Of a DNA stretch of 55,916 bases, positions 53,501 through 55,916 are shown piece after piece (position 1 is the stretch's first letter; each line of letters opens with the position of its first letter). The stretch lies in the NCBI GenBank assembly GCA_964408475.1, contig CAYOZM010000001.1, forward strand, positions 1-55,916, given 5' to 3'. Below the pieces are notes generated by a model. It was given only the letters and a program-made list of their open reading frames with translations. It was not told where the DNA came from and searched no databases. The DNA comes from an uncultured Candidatus Bathyarchaeia archaeon (GTDB lineage Archaea; Thermoproteota; Bathyarchaeia; 40CM-2-53-6; CAYOZM01). The translations under genes were made by a program, and so were the position numbers.

Positions 53501-54364
53501 ATGACTATTTTTGACGATAAGAGGAGACCGCACGACGATGAAGTCGTCGCCAAATTGAATAGAATTGCCCTAAAGCTTAGACGGAATATTTTGATTATGA
53601 CGACTAAGGCTGGCTCTGGTCACCCGGGCGGTTCGCTTTCTTCAGCGGACATTGTGACCGCGCTTTACTTCCATCACCTTAGACATGACCCAGAAAACCC
53701 GAAATGGGAGGATAGGGACCGATTCGTGCTATCCAAGGGTCACGGTTGCCCGGCACTTTACGCAGCTTTGGCTGAATCGGGTTACTTCCCAGAAGATACG
53801 CTTTGGACTCTTAGAAAGATGGGCAGTATCCTTCAAGGGCATCCAGATATGAATAAGACTCCTGGTGTTGAAGCGTCCACTGGAAATCTGGGTCAAGGAC
53901 TCTCTGTTGCGCTTGGCATAGCTCTAGCCGGGCGGATCGATCGTAAGAAGTATCGTGTATTCGCCTTGTTGGGCGATGGGGAAATAGATGAAGGTCAGAT
54001 CTGGGAAGCGGCAATGGCTGCTGCTCACTATAAGGTTGACAACCTTACGGCGATTCTTGATTTGAACGGGATACAATTAGACGGGTTGACGAAGGACATT
54101 ATGTCTTTGGAGCCTGTTGCTGACAAGTGGCGAGCGTTTGGCTGGCATGTTATAGAGATCGATGGCCACAATATGAGGGAGATCCTTGATGCCTTGGATA
54201 GAGCTGAACACGTGAAGTACATGCCCACAATAATAATCGCCCACACGGTTAAGGGTAAGGGTGTCTCATTCATGGAAGGTCAGGTTAAGTTTCACGGTAC
54301 CGCTCTCACCGAGGAACAGTTGGTTAAAGCGCTGGAAGAATTGAAGTTGGAGGCTGAGAATTGA
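53501..54364 (+). CDS. tkt: Transketolase, N-terminal (TPP-binding) subunit
   Basis: GSGHPGGSLS, LSKGH, GNLGQGLS, LGDGEIDEGQIWEA. Confidence 0.95.
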   Translation: MTIFDDKRRPHDDEVVAKLNRIALKLRRNILIMTTKAGSGHPGGSLSSADIVTALYFHHLRHDPENPKWEDRDRFVLSKGHGCPALYAALAESGYFPEDTLWTLRKMGSILQGHPDMNKTPGVEASTGNLGQGLSVALGIALAGRIDRKKYRVFALLGDGEIDEGQIWEAAMAAAHYKVDNLTAILDLNGIQLDGLTKDIMSLEPVADKWRAFGWHVIEIDGHNMREILDALDRAEHVKYMPTIIIAHTVKGKGVSFMEGQVKFHGTALTEEQLVKALEELKLEAEN

Positions 54365-55323
54365 TTAGGAAGGCCGCCACTAGGGAAGCTTATGGAGAAG
54401 CCCTAGTTGAACTGGGAAGAGTCGATAACCGGATTGTCGTGTTGGACGCTGATCTCTCAACTTCAACCAGAACAATTCTCTTCGCTAAGGAGTTTCCAGA
54501 CAGATTCTTCAACTTCGGTATAGCGGAAGCGAATATGATGTGCGTAGCCGCTGGGCTTGCCTCTTGCGGTAAGGTAGTTTTCGCCAGTACATTCGCAGTC
54601 TTTGCGTCTGGGAGAGCGTATAACCAGTTCAGAACCTCCATCGCGTACCCTCAGCTTAATGTGAAGGTGGTTGCGACGCATGGTGGTATAAGTGTTGGAG
54701 AGGATGGGGTTACGCATCAATGCGTCGAAGATATAGCTATGATGAGGGCTTTGCCGCACACAAATGTGATCGTCCCCGCGGACGGCATCGAAACCAAGGA
54801 GGCGGTGAAAGCGATTATCGAGTGGCCTGGGCCGGTATACATGAGGCTTAGTCGCCCAGCGACGCCTTTGATCTATGAAGAAGGCTACAAGCTTAACGGG
54901 AGACCTCTCAGATACAAGGTCGGCGATGCTGTGAAACTTATGGAAGGCAAGGATGTAACAATAGTAGCTACGGGGATAATGGTGAGTGAAGCTTTGACAG
55001 CGGCGGCCAGCTTGGAGAAGGAAGGTATTAGCGCGGCTATAATGAATGTTCATACAATTAAACCGCTAGATGAGTCCGCAATAGTGAAGACAGCCAAGGA
55101 GACAGGAGCGGTCGTTACAGCTGAAGAGCATAGCATCCTCGGCGGCCTAGGCGGCGCTGTGGCGGAGGTTCTGGTCGAGAACGCTCAGGTGCCCATGATC
55201 CGGGTAGGAATCAGAGACGCCTTCGGAGAATCAGGGACCACAAGTGAACTACTTATGAAGTATGGGTTGACCGCTCCAGATATCATCGAAGCCTCAAAGA
55301 GAGCCATCAAGATGAAAAAGTAA
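54361..55323 (+). CDS. tkt: Transketolase, C-terminal (pyrimidine-binding) subunit
   Basis: FNFGIAEANMM, GEDGVTHQ, and the C-terminal TK domain. The TTG start overlaps the upstream TGA (TTGA). Confidence 0.95.
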   Translation: MIRKAATREAYGEALVELGRVDNRIVVLDADLSTSTRTILFAKEFPDRFFNFGIAEANMMCVAAGLASCGKVVFASTFAVFASGRAYNQFRTSIAYPQLNVKVVATHGGISVGEDGVTHQCVEDIAMMRALPHTNVIVPADGIETKEAVKAIIEWPGPVYMRLSRPATPLIYEEGYKLNGRPLRYKVGDAVKLMEGKDVTIVATGIMVSEALTAAASLEKEGISAAIMNVHTIKPLDESAIVKTAKETGAVVTAEEHSILGGLGGAVAEVLVENAQVPMIRVGIRDAFGESGTTSELLMKYGLTAPDIIEASKRAIKMKK

Positions 55324-55447
55324 ACGCATATGTTATCAGCAGATATTCAGTACTTTGATTTAACCCAGAGCTCTGTTACCGATCACTCAGAGCTTGTCGA
55401 GATCAAAGAGCTGAACGCTGTGGAAGTAATAATAGATTTCGGAACGA

Positions 55448-55916
55448 TCAAGAGATCGACGTAAGTTCTTTTAGGATCGCGATACTTCTACTTGTGCCTA
55501 AGCGATTTGCTCCAGCCTTAATCAGCTGGCAAGCCTGATTGAAATGCCTTATTCCTCCTGCTGCCTTGACACCCATTTCGCTGCCCACGGTTCGCCGCAT
55601 GAGCTTAACATCGCGAACTGAAGCCCCTGAAGGCCCATAGCCAGTTGAAGTCTTGACGAAGTGTGCCCCTGCATCCTTTGCGATAAGGCATGCCTTTACC
55701 TTCTCCTTATCCGTCAAATAACCTGCCTCAATAATAACTTTGACAACAGCCCCTTCGGCCGCCCTAACAACTGCTTCAATATCACTCCTCACATGGTCAT
55801 AGTCCCTTGACCTTAATGCGCCAATATTCATCACCATATCAACCTCGTCAGCTCCATCCGAAATTGCAAGACCAGTCTCGAAAGCTTTAACTTTTGTGAA
55901 AGTGGCACCGAATGGA
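55448..55916 (-). CDS. deoC: Deoxyribose-phosphate aldolase (partial; N-terminus beyond the window end)
   Basis: ...[16 protein letters not shown]..., KVIIEAGYL, and the Schiff-base Lys in HFVKTSTGY, then VKAAGGIR. The reading frame stays open to the window edge. Confidence 0.85.
   Translation of the reverse strand, partial: PFGATFTKVKAFETGLAISDGADEVDMVMNIGALRSRDYDHVRSDIEAVVRAAEGAVVKVIIEAGYLTDKEKVKACLIAKDAGAHFVKTSTGYGPSGASVRDVKLMRRTVGSEMGVKAAGGIRHFNQACQLIKAGANRLGTSRSIAILKELTSIS

Noticed and set aside
54463-55053. 196-aa minus-strand ORF
   Set aside because: It is antisense to the transketolase C-terminal subunit.
1-55916. CRISPR arrays, transposases/integrases, toxin-antitoxin or known defence-system genes
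   Set aside because: I found no regularly spaced direct repeats and no DDE/tyrosine-recombinase-like ORFs. No nuclease/ATPase gene pairs typical of defence islands were seen. The dCTP-deaminase-like gene has no kinase or other defence partner.

Overview
Gene-dense archaeal chromosomal segment. Archaeal hallmarks are TFB, aIF1/SUI1, RpoP, the tRNA-splicing endonuclease EndA, archaeal-type GlyRS, AcnX/UbiD-type mevalonate genes and CofE. GGAGG-type ribosome-binding sites are strong and TTG/GTG starts are common. I support about 65 CDSs and one tRNA gene. I saw no rRNA, CRISPR array, transposase/integrase or prophage. 1-12.6 kb holds a MacB-type ABC exporter operon, an HMG-CoA synthase fused to a DUF35 domain, an acyl-CoA dehydrogenase, a JAMM peptidase followed by an orphan DRG-type TGS mini-ORF and a CBS protein, a presenilin/SPP-like GxGD protease, and several small zinc-ribbon proteins. 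12.6-43.8 kb holds information-processing genes (EndA, GlyRS, RpoP, Trm5, TRAM, OB-fold, SUI1, TFB), a K+-independent-type H+-pyrophosphatase, CofE, an aldehyde:ferredoxin oxidoreductase (AOR), and a four-gene operon for the archaeal modified mevalonate pathway (AcnX large/small, UbiD-like, UbiX). The same stretch carries PPAT, porGDAB, a corrinoid reductive activase, RidA and TatA. 43.9-55.9 kb is a sugar-phosphate supercluster: PfkB kinase, TIM-barrel isomerase/epimerase, class II aldolase/epimerase, a second AOR, Prs, Rpe, a PPi-type PFK, class II FBP aldolase, transaldolase, split transketolase and DeoC. The main hunt results follow. (1) A tRNA-Gln(CUG) gene is interrupted by three introns (D-loop, anticodon loop, T-loop), each of which I can draw by hand as a bulge-helix-bulge, and a 189-aa EndA lies in the same window. 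(2) A kinase/isomerase/aldolase/AOR module could be an undescribed ferredoxin-linked sugar route feeding the adjacent pentose-phosphate genes. (3) A JAMM gene is followed by an orphan DRG-type TGS fragment. (4) HMGCS is fused to DUF35. (5) A palindromic CTGAAACGTTTCAG operator pair sits upstream of a putative wHTH gene, and its AAACGTTT core recurs in other intergenic regions. (6) The conserved N-termini of PorG and the H+-PPase are encoded upstream of the first canonical start codon. All calls come from reading motifs by eye; no searches or folding programs were run.
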